Assembly: GCF_963853765.1 (NCBI RefSeq)
Contig: NC_088854.1
Location: forward strand, 41,230,001 to 41,294,000
From: Magallana gigas
Lineage: Eukaryota
Direction: 5' to 3'
Length of the DNA stretch: 64,000 bases
Shown: piece after piece, positions 34,146 through 48,398 of the stretch
How the letters are laid out: each line of letters starts with the position of its first letter
Numbering within the stretch: the first letter of the stretch is position 1
Program-made: the position numbers and the translations under genes
Notes under the pieces: generated by a model
Database searches by the model: none
The model's input: only the letters and a program-made list of their open reading frames with translations
What the model was told of the DNA's origin: nothing

Positions 34146-37100
34146 TTTCCCCACGCATGTTGCAAATTGTATCATGCAGAAAATGTAGAGATACTGATGC
34201 GTATGATACATTTACACCATTTAATACATCTACTTATAGATATAGAACTGTCGTTGGAGTACATCTCCTGCCAAAAAAAACTGCCACCAAATCACAATAT
34301 ACATGTAGTTATATGTGTGTGGATGGCATTTAACAAATTAATCAATTTACTTGCAGAAAATAATACTATAAACACGTTTATCAATACTCTAATACCTCAC
34401 AGACTATATCGTTGATTTTTTTTTTCATTTTTGAGGTGTTTTTTAATTAATTTGGTTAGAATTTTCTTCTGGGGATCTGCACAGCGCAACAACCAAACTT
34501 AGCATAAACGAAAAAATAATAGTATATTTTAACCCAAGTGTTATTTTTTAATATAGAGAAGCATGCAGTTTAGTGTGAATCATTACATGCATGCAGACTA
34601 GAACTATTTCTCCTGACATTTCCCTTTATGATCCCCCCCCCCCCCCAAGTCTGAGCTTAAAAGGACCGAAGTTGTCTTTCTTTGTTTAATATGCTCTGTA
34701 TTTCATTTCATGATTTCTACGCCCATACTTTCTTATTGTCTTTTTACGCCGACGGACTCTTTAATATCAATATTTTTTATTAATCCGTAGACCCATCCTT
34801 TTAATCACTTTTCAAACGCACTATTCATTTATATCGACACTTCAAGTTCGTATATTTTAGCGCTTCCGCTTATTGGCAATATACTTTCAACATCCTGACA
34901 AACCAATTTAACTGATATTGGACGGTGTCCAACTTCCTGTTTTACACACAAGTACAAGATATGGTTTCTTCCTGAATTATAATAACATCATATCATTATT
35001 TCAGAAACTGAATTCAATTTTGGGTTTTATTATATGATGAAAATGAACTTGATTAATATATTATATGTATATTTTTTATGCATCGCGGGAGTTCACTGGC
35101 GGTAATCATTCATTAATTTTTTCCCGAAATGAATCTATTTATATTTTGATATAAGACGAAAACGCAGTTTTATATTCCACTTAAATAGTCATTTACGCCT
35201 CAATTCAGTATGCCGTATACAGAATCTACTTTTATTTTGAATATTATGGATTTTTTTTTTAATTGTTGATCATGAATTTTTTATATCGGTTGAGGATCAT
35301 TCCATATGTTTGGTTTATTCTGTAAAAATATTGTGAAATAAAGAGCTGTCCTTTGCCAATCATTCAAACAAATAATAATATTTACTTTTAAGAATATACA
35401 TTTTAAAATTGTTATTACAATTTGAATATATTGTAACTTCATTCCACAATGAAATCTCAAACTTTCCCATAATACGGGACCTTTAATCGCTTGAAAATTT
35501 GATTTTTTTATAATTAGATAAACATTAAATGTTTATTTATTTTATTTTCAACTAGGATAATTTGCCAATTGAGTTGGTGTACCAAAACAGGAGCCGGACC
35601 TTTCGATCTAGAATCTTTTCCACCGTAAATTGCATCAAAATGATCTCTTTTTTACTTTTTTAAATCAAACCCAACTCTTCTCTAACATAAAATTTGATCA
35701 ATATGCAATGAATTCCAAGAAACAGCTCATTATCATGCAAACATTTAGATACCAGATGTCTTAGTATCTGTAGATTCTAATGATTGCTAGATGTGTTCAA
35801 TTTCTTGGTCCATTTGTCGTTTGAATATTAAACATTAGGCACCCTTGTTATGTGTCAACATCAATCATTTTTATGGCTAATGTTTGAAACTATGTATTTA
35901 TCTCCGAGGTGGCCTGAACAGTGAGAAATAAATTGTCATTGGTCACACATAGGAGAGACATTGTCAATAGCAAGAGATGGCCACATTCTGGAATTGCTGT
36001 ACAAAAACCCCTCTTCTTTGCAAACATTTTGATATTGATATGCGAATGCTCAACTGTTGAGAAGGCACATATACAAAAGATCTCTCTCGCATGTTAAATG
36101 CTGATAGGGCCCTTGGATTTTGAATGCAGTAATTATCTTTTCTTTGTTAAACCAAAAACTGTATCAGTTTAAGATAGCAATCAAACGTTTAAATCCTTGG
36201 GCTGGTTTATGTGAATGTGACACTTTTGTTGGTGGTGGATGTGCACCGGTACAAGTATAACGAAATACCCGGTATGTTACAACTAGACCAGTGGGTCATC
36301 TCAGACTTATAGGAAGCACGAATTCTACGATCGGAAGGCGTCCAACGGTAGGTTTATCTATCATAAACTTCTTAGATTAGAACTGTTCTGTCATAAGTAT
36401 ATCTGAAGAAAAAAATACCAAAATAGCTTACCATATGATATAAGTATACTTAAGTATACTTCAATGATAGACAGAAAATTTGAAATCCGAAAAATTGCAA
36501 AATCTGAATTTGTAACACATTTACAGTTAAGAATATTTTTTTTTATTATTTTAAGGATCATGATAGGTTAATCCAAAAAATTAGAGACAAAATTTAATGA
36601 ATTTAATTAAATCAAGGTGTGCGTTTATTGGTATACGGTGTATAATGGAGGTTTTATGTACAGTAGAGAATAAAGTGTATAAAACTGCATTCTCAAATCA
36701 TGGGAAACTATACATCTCAAGGACAGACCGTGTTAACAAGATCAATCAACTCATTGTTCTAATCAGTATCTGGTGTCCTCATCTTTATTCGAACTGTGAA
36801 TACCGATCCCGATATGATCTCCAAATTTGCGGTAGAGTTTCTGGTCGTCATTCAAAAATACTCCTAAAAGGAAAAAAACCGGTATATATTTTAGCTTTGA
36901 AATTTGTTTTGTAAGAAGTATTTTGTTTGTGTGCAAACTTTGTAAATTATACAAATAAAGTCTACTAGATTTGTTTGAAAAAAGAAAATGTAAAAAATCC
37001 ATTCTTTCTGTAAGTATACATAAAGAGGTGGGTTCTTTAACATTATATTTAAAATTTTAAAGAGAAATTCATTTGAATTAACGTTTGGTATTATTCAACA

Positions 37101-40100
37101 CTTAAAATTACAAGCGTGATCATGATTATGATAACTTTAAAGTTGGCCACCAATATGTTCTAATAAAATGACTATGATTGTTAAGAGACGATACATACAA
37201 ACAAAACATGAAACCATTTTCGGAATTGTCAATTTTGCAACGCAGATGGTACATGTGTGTATTTGAGATAAATACCTCCATAATAAATGATGTTGTAATA
37301 TGTAGAGAATTGGTTAAAATTTCCCCTCCTTTTATCTAAATATAAAATTAAATCATCCGTATCCAACCAAGTTTAAATTTAATCTTAAAATAATTAATGA
37401 TGATTTTTTTAACACATACGGTAGTGTGTAAATTTGAGAGTTAGGAGGAGAACGACAAGGATAGAGAGAGAGAGCGAGTTCAACCTCTATACTAAAACAA
37501 ACTCGGTTTTTATTTTCTCTATACACGTAACTATGTGCAAACTGGTCTGAACAGTTTCAGTGAAAGTGCACTCATTGTCTACAATTACGTCATTTAGATC
37601 AGGTGCATTAAATGGAATATGTCATTTATTGAAACATTTAAAAGCAAACATCCGAAGCGCGCGTGATAGCAAGAGTTCTTTACTCCAAGTTCGATTAATA
37701 CATGCAGTTCATATTGTCTAATTAAAGGAAACTGTATTGAACCACATTCACAAGTACATAAAAAGAACAAATGTGTGGTAAACTAGAGCCCATTTTACAT
37801 TTGCGTCTATATATATATTTTTTATTTTTAGAATCTGATTTTAGACCCCTTATTCTACTTTAACGGACTAGTTTCATATAGCATTTTGACATTCTGCTAA
37901 TTTTTTCTTGTGATATATACCAATTAAAAGTCAATCATCAATTTAAAAAAATCAATTTAAAAAAGGGCTTTTGAGAAAAATATTTTTAATGCAAATGAAA
38001 AATATCTGTCATTTATACAGTACTCTTGAAATATTTTAAGGCTGTAAGATTAATTTAATTAATCAACAGCCACAGCATGTCAAAGAAAACAATCGATATT
38101 TAAGAATGAGCAAATTGATCAATTATACACCTTTTTATCGATTTTCATTTTTAGTTCGCATTCAACCTCGAACGTTAGGCTTGCATTCATAATTAGGCAT
38201 TTCTTTTTAAGTGCTCAGCGGGTGGCCCCCCTTGTCAGCGGGCGCGAAGTTAGGGATTTTTTTTTCTAATGCATTATAACAATATCTTATCGATGTCTCT
38301 AAAGCTCCTGTCCGTCGGCAGGGTAAGGTTCAAATTCAAACATTTTTATTTCTCACATGCCTGTAATTTAGGTCAGACACTCGTGGTTGACCCAATTTCG
38401 ATTAATTTTTGCTGTGCGTGCCGTTCGTGTTAATGGACTTGATGGTTTCTTTAATCTCTTTTAATAATACCTCCGACACAGGCCCATGTACAATGTACAT
38501 GTTGAGGGCAAGGTCGGTTAAGGCATTGTTATGGGTCTTCATACATTAACATGTATATAATTAGGTTGTGGAACGTATTTATTAAGCTCTATTACCAAAT
38601 ATGAATGTTTTTAAAAATTGTATAGAATTGAAAATTTTGGGGTGTTTTTAATATGCATCGCGTTATTTTCAGTAGTTATATTTTCCATTAGGAATATCTC
38701 ATAAATCGATAAATAGGTTTTTTTCAGTTTCCATTACATACATGTACATACAACATTTTTCTTGAAACGTTTGAGAATGTTAGATTGCACCAAATTGGGC
38801 TAAGACAAAAAACAACGAAAGAGGCTTAGTTTAAAGAGTTGCCCAATGAAGTATTTTGTAAAGGTTTATAACTAAATACAGGAAAGTTGATTTTTTTTTA
38901 AATCTGTTAATGCAAGACAAATAATCTAAAAATAAGGATTTAGAATTACCGATGGCTAAATTGTCTTGAAAAAGTCATCAAACCTTAAGGTTACTGGCAT
39001 TATCCCTTAGGTCAATTACATTGTCAAATATTTTCAAGCTCTCCAGCTGACAAAAAGAATAGTAAAATCAAACACTCTAGTGAAAGTATTTCGAAAAGTT
39101 TATACTTTGGAATGTCAAGTGGATTTGACTTCAGGTAATATGAGTGGAGATCCGAGCAATTGTTTAAACCCAAACAGGTTAGATGAAGTATTTAGACTAT
39201 TGATCAGTGTTGTTTTAAGTTGTTATGCAAACATTTAATAACTTTTTAAGTTAGGAATTTTCGAGAAAAAACATTTGTTTTCAAAACACAGAAGAACTTC
39301 AACTGTGTATACATTTTTTTTTGTTGGTTATGAGTAATTACAGTGGATATAATACTTGTTTTATTCCTCAGTAGCCACAAAATTCAATAACAATACACAA
39401 CTAGGTCGATTCGCGAGGATACGACGTACGAATGATAATTAATTATTGATATATGTATATATATTAAATCACTTAGCTTATAGGATATTTGAGATACAAT
39501 TGATATTGTTTGATTGCGAGGAAAAGTGAGAGAGAAAGAGAGAGAGAAACAAATCATGCGTCAATGGAAATCCATTAGGCCCATATATCTCATTCAAAAC
39601 TCAGGAAAGGGCCGGGGACACTCCGCACACTGTGCTTTATAACATTGCCAAAAGGAAACAACGCGGTTCTAATGTGTTTGTAATCTTTTGACAAACAACT
39701 ACTCCCTTTTCCCCATTCATAATCTTACAGGGATGAAATTGATCGATGACACGAAAGTTACATGTAGAGATACTGTAAATCTTTAAATTCGTTTATTTGA
39801 TTCTCACAAATTCCCATAAAATCCCATTCTATTTATTCTTCCGTGTGTTGAATGTCGTCTGGTCATTTTAAATGACGTCATAACCAACACAGGCTCTGAC
39901 AAGCCGTCGTGATGGTTGTTTTTTTCCCCTATTGAATTGCCATTTAAATTTCATCAAATTGAATTAGAGACACTATTTTATATGTTGTAACCTATTATTG
40001 AATGAAAGGTTTAAAAGAGTTAAATTACGTTTTTCACACCTGTAAGGTATTAAACATCAAATTGTTTGTGCACAGTTTTAAAAGCACTAAATCCACTTCC

Positions 40101-40270
40101 AAAAGGCAAAACCATCACGCAATCTCAGACAATGCGATCTATTAAGTATTACTCTTATATTGAATAATATTGAAAAAGGAAAGGTAACTTTAAAGGGTGG
40201 GGTGGAAGAAATATTTACCTAGGAAACTTCTTGGATGATATATTGCGTGAAAAGATTGTTTGTCTTTAAA

Positions 40271-40410
40271 NNNNNNNNNNNNNNNNNNNNNNNNNNNNNN
40301 NNNNNNNNNNNNNNNNNNNNNNNNNNNNNNNNNNNNNNNNNNNNNNNNNNNNNNNNNNNNNNNNNNNNNNNNNNNNNNNNNNNNNNNNNNNNNNNNNNNN
40401 NNNNNNNNNN
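40271..40410. other. Assembly gap (140 N)
   Basis: Run of N. Confidence 1.
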
Positions 40411-42302
40411 TATCTAACAAACAAATAGGTAGCTGACAATTTGAGAAAACTTTTTTTTTAAAATTCAATGCTTATATAAACCATCAAACTCAAAGACAGG
40501 CATTTCTTTATGATCACAAATCAATGCTCACCGTTTGTTGACATTCTGATATTGCTAAGCTGACAGAAACTTTTGAAGTTGGAAGTTTATGTCTCAACTT
40601 AATCAAAAAGTCGATCGGGATAAGCCGAAAATTACGTATACAACCGAGAGATTTGGGTAGTTTTATAGTATTATTCTTGCAGTCTGCCAGTTACATGTAA
40701 ACGTATTCTGCTATCATTTGTGAAATTGTTCCCAGGGATTTTGTTGTTTCGACTTTTCTTCACAAGGTACATATGGTTACTGATTTTTAATTTGTCATTG
40801 CAAACTGGCTTTCAATTCTTTTTATTCTAGAACTATTTTATCATTGTAAATGTACATTAACCGTGATAAATGGCAAAAGTCATTTCGATTATTACTTTCA
40901 TTCAAAGTTTTTCCCATTGTGAAGTTCATTCAGCTAATCGACATCAGAACAACACAGAAATTCGTGGCCAGCGATTGGGGATTGCATTTCCATATTCATA
41001 TTCCATATTCAATGTTTCATTCATAAACAGAATTGGTTTTCTTGGTTGTGTGAATCAATTATTCCATTGAGGACAAAAACTGTGTCTAAAAGCACTTCAT
41101 TGACTGGTGAATTCTTATTAAGAACATCTTTAATTAACAATTGATTTACTTTAGAAATTAAATCTATTTAGTCAGCCGTAGATTATTACCAATTGACAGT
41201 GATGCTGTGTTTTGATATTCCGATGTATTTACTGTAACCAATAGTTATCCGGTCATTTGAAAAATTGAATCTATTACGGTATTTAGGCTGACCCATGGCG
41301 ATATCTCTCAGATTCAGTCACACCTTTTTATCTTATATAAAGAATGTACATATATTTATCCATGTAACTTCAAATCCCCAAGTGGAAAACCAAGCGTGAA
41401 TCATTTCATGGTATATGGAGATAAGCTTGATGACTCCCCAGATTATTAAGATTTTTAAATCACTTGTTCGTCATTTTTAAATATCTTAGTAAATTGCCTA
41501 TATTTATCGACATAATGTCATAGAAAAATCCCCAATGTAAATATAAATATTCACGGCGAATTTACTCAATTAACCTTTCCTGGTCGCAATAATATAACTA
41601 ACTAATCTGCTTCTAGAAATTTTTAGAGACTTTTCAAACAAGTACCATGATAAAAAAAAATTAATTCTATTTATACCGAGAAATTCTAAAAATAACTATT
41701 TACATGTATATGAATATCATTAATGATAAGGCAAATACTAGTCTATTATTTCAAATACAATTCATAAAGATTTCAATTCTTAAATGTCAATATGAAAAAA
41801 TACGTAAGGTAACAACTTCATTGATTTTTTTTATGTCAATAAGGAAAAAAACATAAGGTGACAACTTCATTGATTTCCGGAAAGATGTTTTTTTGTTTTT
41901 CTTGGAGACAGTTTCCTTCCGAAGAGTCCTATCGATAAGTACCGAGGCCTACTTCTACAAGTCCTAATTATTTACGTCTATAAATAAAAAATAGCGGTCA
42001 ATATAAAAAAAAAATCAAGAATGTAAAAAGCCGTTTAATCCTTTCTTTTTGACAGAATAGTACATTATCTTAAGTTGATTTATTGATTTCAGATTCAAAT
42101 ATTTGAATTAGTTTCTCCCTTTTTATACCGTGCTGCTGAGCGCCACAATAGTTAGAGTAAACAAACATGAAGTAAAATTAGATCTGAAGACTTTCCTGTG
42201 GTTAGTTAGATATTTGTCGCGTGTAATCGGCATTTTATTTGTTTTTGTAGTTAACACAATAAAATTGCATGCAAGGAAAAGTTCTCTTCGACCCTAGACG
42301 CA

Positions 42303-43244
42303 ATGGATATCATCCCCTTTCCCCGTGCTCTTTCTCAATGTGAGTTTGGTTTCAACGAGTCCACTGCAATACCCCCTGTGTTTGAAAAAAGGAAAAGGCC
42401 ATCACCGATTCGCAGACAATTTACTGTAGCTTTGCCATGGCCCCCTAAAAAAGAGGAACAACAGAAACAAAAATTTCTTCCCGACATCAACCCAACTGTT
42501 CAACATTCAGAGAAAAATAAGAAATCAGATTTTCTTTTATCAAAACAGAGGACGGGTATAGATGTACCTGTTACTGCTACCAAAAAGCATCGTTCCCCGA
42601 AATCTATGACAAGCTTATACGGATTAAAAGCCGACTCCAATGACGTCACGGCAATTACCCGGACCTTCCAACCTTTGAATGACAAGAAAAATTTAAATAC
42701 CTCAATCGATCGATTAGAGTTCAAAGCCATTCAACGAAACGACGGTACACATATAAAAGGCGAGACCCGGCCAGATCAGGCAATACACACTTTGATACCG
42801 ACCGAGAGAAGAGGTCCTTTAAACCACAACACAGGAAAACATTTCCGAGTCGTCACAATACTGTACAATACGATGGCATCTCTGAAACTGGACAACAGGC
42901 AGGAGCTAGCTTCTAATGACCACGCCAGGCACCACAACAAGAGGCAGCAGCAGTGGATACGTAGCGAACAAGTCAAAAATTGGAGAAGATCCACCGTGAA
43001 TAGAGTCTCCAAGAAGACCGGTTATACCAGTGGAAGTTCCTCTGGACAAAAATCAGACGTGATCAGCGGAAACTCGGACGATACCATCCACACAACCTCA
43101 TCCAACGAGGAGAGCAACAATGTCTTCGAATATCCCATGGACGCTGAAAAGAAAGAAAGTTTCGACAAATGTCTGAAATGGATGGAGACTTTACCGCAGA
43201 AATTTTCTGGAATGCACATTTTTACCCCCTGTGTTAGTGACTGA
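42303..43244 (+). CDS. Uncharacterised 313-aa, mostly low-complexity protein with conserved ELAxNDH and C-terminal DxCxxWxxxLPxKFSxxH motifs
   Basis: A 942-nt ORF in AT-rich DNA with good start context (GCAATGG). Its C-terminal 123 aa align in two blocks with the ORF at 51638. A candidate upstream acceptor TTTTATTTGTTTTTGTAG lies near 42250. Confidence 0.8.
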   Translation: MDIIPFPRALSQCEFGFNESTAIPPVFEKRKRPSPIRRQFTVALPWPPKKEEQQKQKFLPDINPTVQHSEKNKKSDFLLSKQRTGIDVPVTATKKHRSPKSMTSLYGLKADSNDVTAITRTFQPLNDKKNLNTSIDRLEFKAIQRNDGTHIKGETRPDQAIHTLIPTERRGPLNHNTGKHFRVVTILYNTMASLKLDNRQELASNDHARHHNKRQQQWIRSEQVKNWRRSTVNRVSKKTGYTSGSSSGQKSDVISGNSDDTIHTTSSNEESNNVFEYPMDAEKKESFDKCLKWMETLPQKFSGMHIFTPCVSD

Positions 43245-45662
43245 CATTTTCATTGAGGGGGATATTTAGTATAGCCGAATTTCCAAAAAAAAACAACGGT
43301 GCTTGGTGAAGCAACCATAAACCCGCGCGGACAAAGAATTCCGAGCCCGAGAATCAGCAGGTCTGATCCAGAAAAACAGAGGTATGGGCTTCCATGTCTA
43401 TCTTCGACAAGAGTGCCTACTCCTGCCAAAAAAGCAAGAACGGTGCTAACCCAGTTCATCAAAACATCGCCACCCGTTTTAACAACTGTTATTCGAGAAG
43501 AAAAACAGATCGACCAATTGTACCTATGAGAGAATCAAAAGCGAACATTTGCGAACGTTATAGCTTGATAATATTGAAGAAGAAAATACGTCAAGTGAAC
43601 TTTTGGTGATCATCATAAACATTTACCATTTTTGTTCCTATTTATCATGAAGTGTACGCACATTTCCAATGTGATTTTATTCGGTAATTTTTAGACTGCA
43701 GGGACGAATATACGTGTACATTGTATCCGTGATACTAGTCATACCAAGATGGTGACCGAGGACGCTTATATCATTCCATTGTTAGAATCATCCTCAATGT
43801 GCCAAAACAGAATCAAATTATTTATTTTATTTGTTGTATCTTATCGTTTTCTAATTTATGAACTGTTAATCTGAACGTTTCAAAAGATAAATCTTCACAA
43901 TTGTGTAGATTTAAAATTAGAATACTAAGTATCGCCGGTGCCAATTTGAAACTTGTTATCAAATTCCAAGTATATTTACAGTTTATGTGCCCGGTATTCT
44001 ACATAAATATTTCACTTGTCTATCTGTGATAAAATTTTCGAGACTAACTAAGTGATAAGATTGAAAGTCTTTGATTTTCCCCTGACTCTGTTCCAATATT
44101 CTACCCAGATTGCTTTTAACAACAATGTTCTACTTCAATTCCTTCTGTGATAAAAGATGTTATATATGTTGATTTGATTGTTAAGTGAAATAAATGTTAT
44201 ATACGTTTCAATAGAGTTTGTGTTATCGTTTGGGAAAAGTCGATTTGAATAGAAGCTTTTGAGATGTGGCCTTGTATCGGGTCTGTAAAAGCATTGAACG
44301 GAGATTGTTTAGGAAGAATTACTTAAGACGTCCAATGCAAAAAGCCTTATCGCTAAAATGACATGAATTCCCTATATAATAATTTGAGGAGTTGAGCTGA
44401 AAAACGGTTCAAAGTAAATCGGAATGTTCAAAGTTAATAATTACCCGAGAGTAAAAGGTATCCAGTAATTTATTTCAAATTTTGGAAGAACCCATTTTTG
44501 TTGGCATTGACTGCCGCTATTTGAATTTAATGACTCTGCGACAAATCTTCCTGTCAATTTCGAGGTCGGGAAAAGTTTAATGTATGTGAATTATTACAGT
44601 AATGATAAAGCAATCTTTTTTTTTTTAATGTAAAAAAAAGAATTATCTCCGCTCCAAGTATATACAGACTATTATTTCTACAATTTTTTATTCTGAAAAA
44701 TGTTTATGTTAAAGATATATATGTCGTTAAAGAATGCCGCAGTATTTATAAAGAATTTTAACAATGCGTACATGTATATTGGAAAAAACTTCTGGTTTGA
44801 GCCTAACAAACTTGCAAAAAGCTACATTTTTAATAATATACAGGTACAAGCTTAAAATCACTTATTGGTTATTAGCATATTTTTCTTTTAAATTTGGTCT
44901 TCTTTTAAATTCGGTTAACGTTAAAACAAATTTTAACTGGTCTTTAAAAGTATCATTTTCACGTATAATTACATATATTTGAATATTTCAGTCCTCGATT
45001 TGTCATACAATTCTCTTGCATTTCTTTTTTAAAAAACCTTGGAATTGAGGGAATGTGTTCAAATTTCTTCACACGAACCACCACTTTAAATGCTCGCTAT
45101 TGAGGGGGTAGATTGGTTGGTATTCGTTGTATTTATTTAGATAGTATTAGAACGTTCGAGCTGTTTAGAACATTTAAGTCGCCAATCAAATATTGTTAGT
45201 TCTCTTTATTCAAACCTCGGGCTACTTCTGTGTATTCGGTTGTCCTAGTGTAGGAATTCTGCATTTGTTGATTTTAATATATGTTGCTCAAAAATCTGCG
45301 TATTCTTTTTTAAAACAAATCATCTTGGGGGCGCTAACAAGTGGTATGTCAAGTTATTTGCCGAAACGATACTTTAAAAAAACATTCGAATGATTTAATT
45401 TTCTTAATTTTCTATCAACTTGCTCTTTGATGCTTCTATATTGAAATGCAGGCCTGGCATTGCCGAGAACAGCAAACTGTATAACTCCTACGTGCATGTG
45501 GAATGGCCGCTTGACATATATTCTTTTAATTACCCAATCCCAAACCTCACTCCCCCCTTTTCAGATTCACATGTCTTTACACATAACCAAATTTAAAGCT
45601 GGAAGTACCTATACATCATGATTATTTATAATATATCAAGCCCCGGCGGGGGCGGAGGTGTG

Positions 45663-45666
<4 letters not shown>

Positions 45667-45751
<85 letters not shown>
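45667..45751. repeat. (CT)n microsatellite
   Basis: Uninterrupted CT run. Confidence 0.95.
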
Positions 45752-45755
<4 letters not shown>

Positions 45756-48240
45756 TTTCCAGTATTCAGCATGGAGATTTTTAATATTGCTTCGTAAATC
45801 AAACATTATAATGCAACGATGTACGTATATTAATTGTTTCATGTTAGTTTTAAAAAGAGATTGTTTCAGACCGAACGAGTATCCTTTGTTTGTTTGATTA
45901 AAAAGAAAAAGAAATCGGATGTTGTGAACAGTGCCTTAAATGCTGAATGGGCTGCAGCAATCATTATTACTCCTACATCGTAGATTCAGGTGAAACCACT
46001 AAACAATTAAGTCATTATTACACCTTTTCAATCAATCTGAGAAAATGGTTTTGACAAGAAATCGACATGATTGCCGCTCTCCCGCGACGAGTCTTGCTAA
46101 AACAAACGCATAAAGCTTCGATTTATATTCGATTTGGACTCCCGATAAAATTCAAGTCAATTAAGTTTACAGGAGAGAAAATTAGTTCGATGTATGAATA
46201 CAAAATGATAATGACATACATTGTTTTTGTTTTGTGTTTTAATTGTTTTGCTTTTTTACTAAATCAGTTTTGAAGTGTTTTCTATGTAGATTGACGTTCG
46301 GTTAATTTAAGGTTTTAAAAATAATAACCGCGATACTTTTAAACATGTACTCGAAAACGATGTATTATCCTGCCAGAAAAAGAATGTATTAAGATTTTAA
46401 ATTAAAAACTTATATTATTTCACAGCATTCCCAATTCCCACCCCCATAATACTAGCATATCGTTCTTAAAACAAAAGGTAATTTGACACCCGGTTTTATC
46501 ATTTACAATTATTACCAAATTGGCAAAGCAGACGACAGCACGAACCAGTGGGAGCAATATTCAAATCAAAAGATATAATTTAGAACTTGAGGAGCAGGTG
46601 CCCGCTCGTTTCTTTCATCTGTGGAATGAGATTTGCACGTTTGTGTCAATAAAACTTGAATATGTAGTCCAGCGGTATCGCTTTTGCTTATGCATGCTGT
46701 CACTACCCAACGTCGAATCTTCTCTATTTGTCTTTGAATGCGAAGAATACTTGCTTCATACGAACTGTCTCCTAGACTTAATTACTCTTCTTTCCTTTTG
46801 TTGGGATATCTCATGCATATGCTCTTCAAAGACAGCTCCAGCAAATTTATTTGATTAGAAAGCAAACAGACCCCGGAGTTTGTTCCTTAAATGTTCGTTT
46901 CTTTTCTGTTTTTTAATAAATGAAACCTGGATATTTTGAAGTACTGTACAATCGAAGATTTATGCAAGCGATAGATAAAGAAATTCAAAGACAAAATTGA
47001 CATGTCTTGACTGTAAAACAATAAAGGTTACGTTTTTGTTCAAATATGAGAAAAGAAAATTGTCACAGGAATTTAACCCTTCCTTTGAAAATTTAGGTTT
47101 AACACGACCGCGTTTTTAAATCTTAGGTTTATTAATATAAGTGGCAAATGGTCGTGCTAAGTCATTAACTTGCAGGCTAATAAACTCTATCCATTAGTCA
47201 TCCGTATTAGGTTAAGCAATACCTACTTAATACTTATATGTAACATAGTGACACACTTTTATTGAGGTTAGGTTAAAAAGTGTACATGTAAATGGTAAAG
47301 TCTCCCAAACTCAAAACACTTTAAACGGTGTTTTATCTTCTGGGAAAACAGTTTGAGGACATTGCTGTGAGAAAAGCCAACAGATCCGAATTCTTGGTTT
47401 TGTTGCTCATTGTTGATAGCTCTTTTGTCCTATCATCTCTTGGGAGGCTTTCAAAAGATTTGTGTACACACTAGGTCCTCTTGAACGCCTTCTTTGCTCT
47501 TCCTACAATAGGTTCGCCTGATATTGTCAATTTAGGAACATGTCTTTCCCTTCAGATTTAAGTCGATTTTCCTCATTCAAATCTCCGGTGTCAACAGAAG
47601 TGAATCGGCATACTACCGCGGGCTTCTCCTTATCTTGGATCCAATTTTAAGGTCAATACTTATTTCATCTCTATATGGGTTGGTGCAATGTCTTGAAAAG
47701 GTGTTAAGTAAACTCGCATGGCTATATATAGATGGTTGGTAAGCACTGAGGATATTCTGTCGATCGACCATTACGTCGATGGGTCAACAAAGCCGGACAG
47801 GGTCAAGAATATAGGGAAAACGTTAGCTCCTGTGGGTCAACATGAGAGGCTTGGTGCTTAAATATAAACTATTTTATTTGACTAACTTATTAGTTTAGTT
47901 AAGAGGTTCATTAGGTTGAATGCCACTTTATAGACCAAACGTGATCAACGGGATGGTGAAAACAGAGTGAACAACCTTAATTACCAATAACACAACGCCT
48001 CTGCACAACACCCTAAGTATTACACTTACATTGTAATTGATTGTAAATAAATTTGTTTATTAAAAAAATGTTGGTTTTGATCGATGGAACCACCTTGTAC
48101 CAGCATAAGTAACAATTAGGTGTGTCACGGATCGAAAGTGTACCAAACCGATTCCTTCATAGATAACCATAATAATAAAAATAATCTAGCTGCAATAAAA
48201 TGTTTCAATATTAACCTATATCTATTTTAAATTCACCTTT

Positions 48241-48398
48241 AAAGGTAATCATTTAAACATTATTTTCTGCTATTTGCATCCTTATTTTTTTTTTCAAAAC
48301 TTCGTAAATAATTCTAAAGGTAATCATTTAAACATTATTTTCTGGTACAATGTCTTTGCATCCTTATTTTTTTTTTCCAAAACTTCGTAAACAATTTT
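48241..48398. repeat. Two-unit tandem duplication (76-82 bp)
   Basis: AAAGGTAATCATTTAAACATTATTTTCTG starts at 48241 and 48317. Confidence 0.85.

Noticed and set aside
35900-36410. Coding-like island with an acceptor-like TTTTTTTTCTTCAG on minus and a CKEEGFLYSN stretch faintly like the lectin exon 2
   Set aside because: All three frames stop within 10 codons of the acceptor and later frames contain several stops; the similarity is too short to support a call.
40190-40468. ORFs spanning the N run (also 50537-50833)
   Set aside because: Artefacts of assembly gaps.
45636-45842. ORF with (ER)n
   Set aside because: Translation of the (CT)n microsatellite.
46520-46858. 112-aa plus-strand ORF
   Set aside because: It starts at TTG, has no recognisable motif, and looks like the antisense shadow of the degenerate minus-strand frame reported as a finding.
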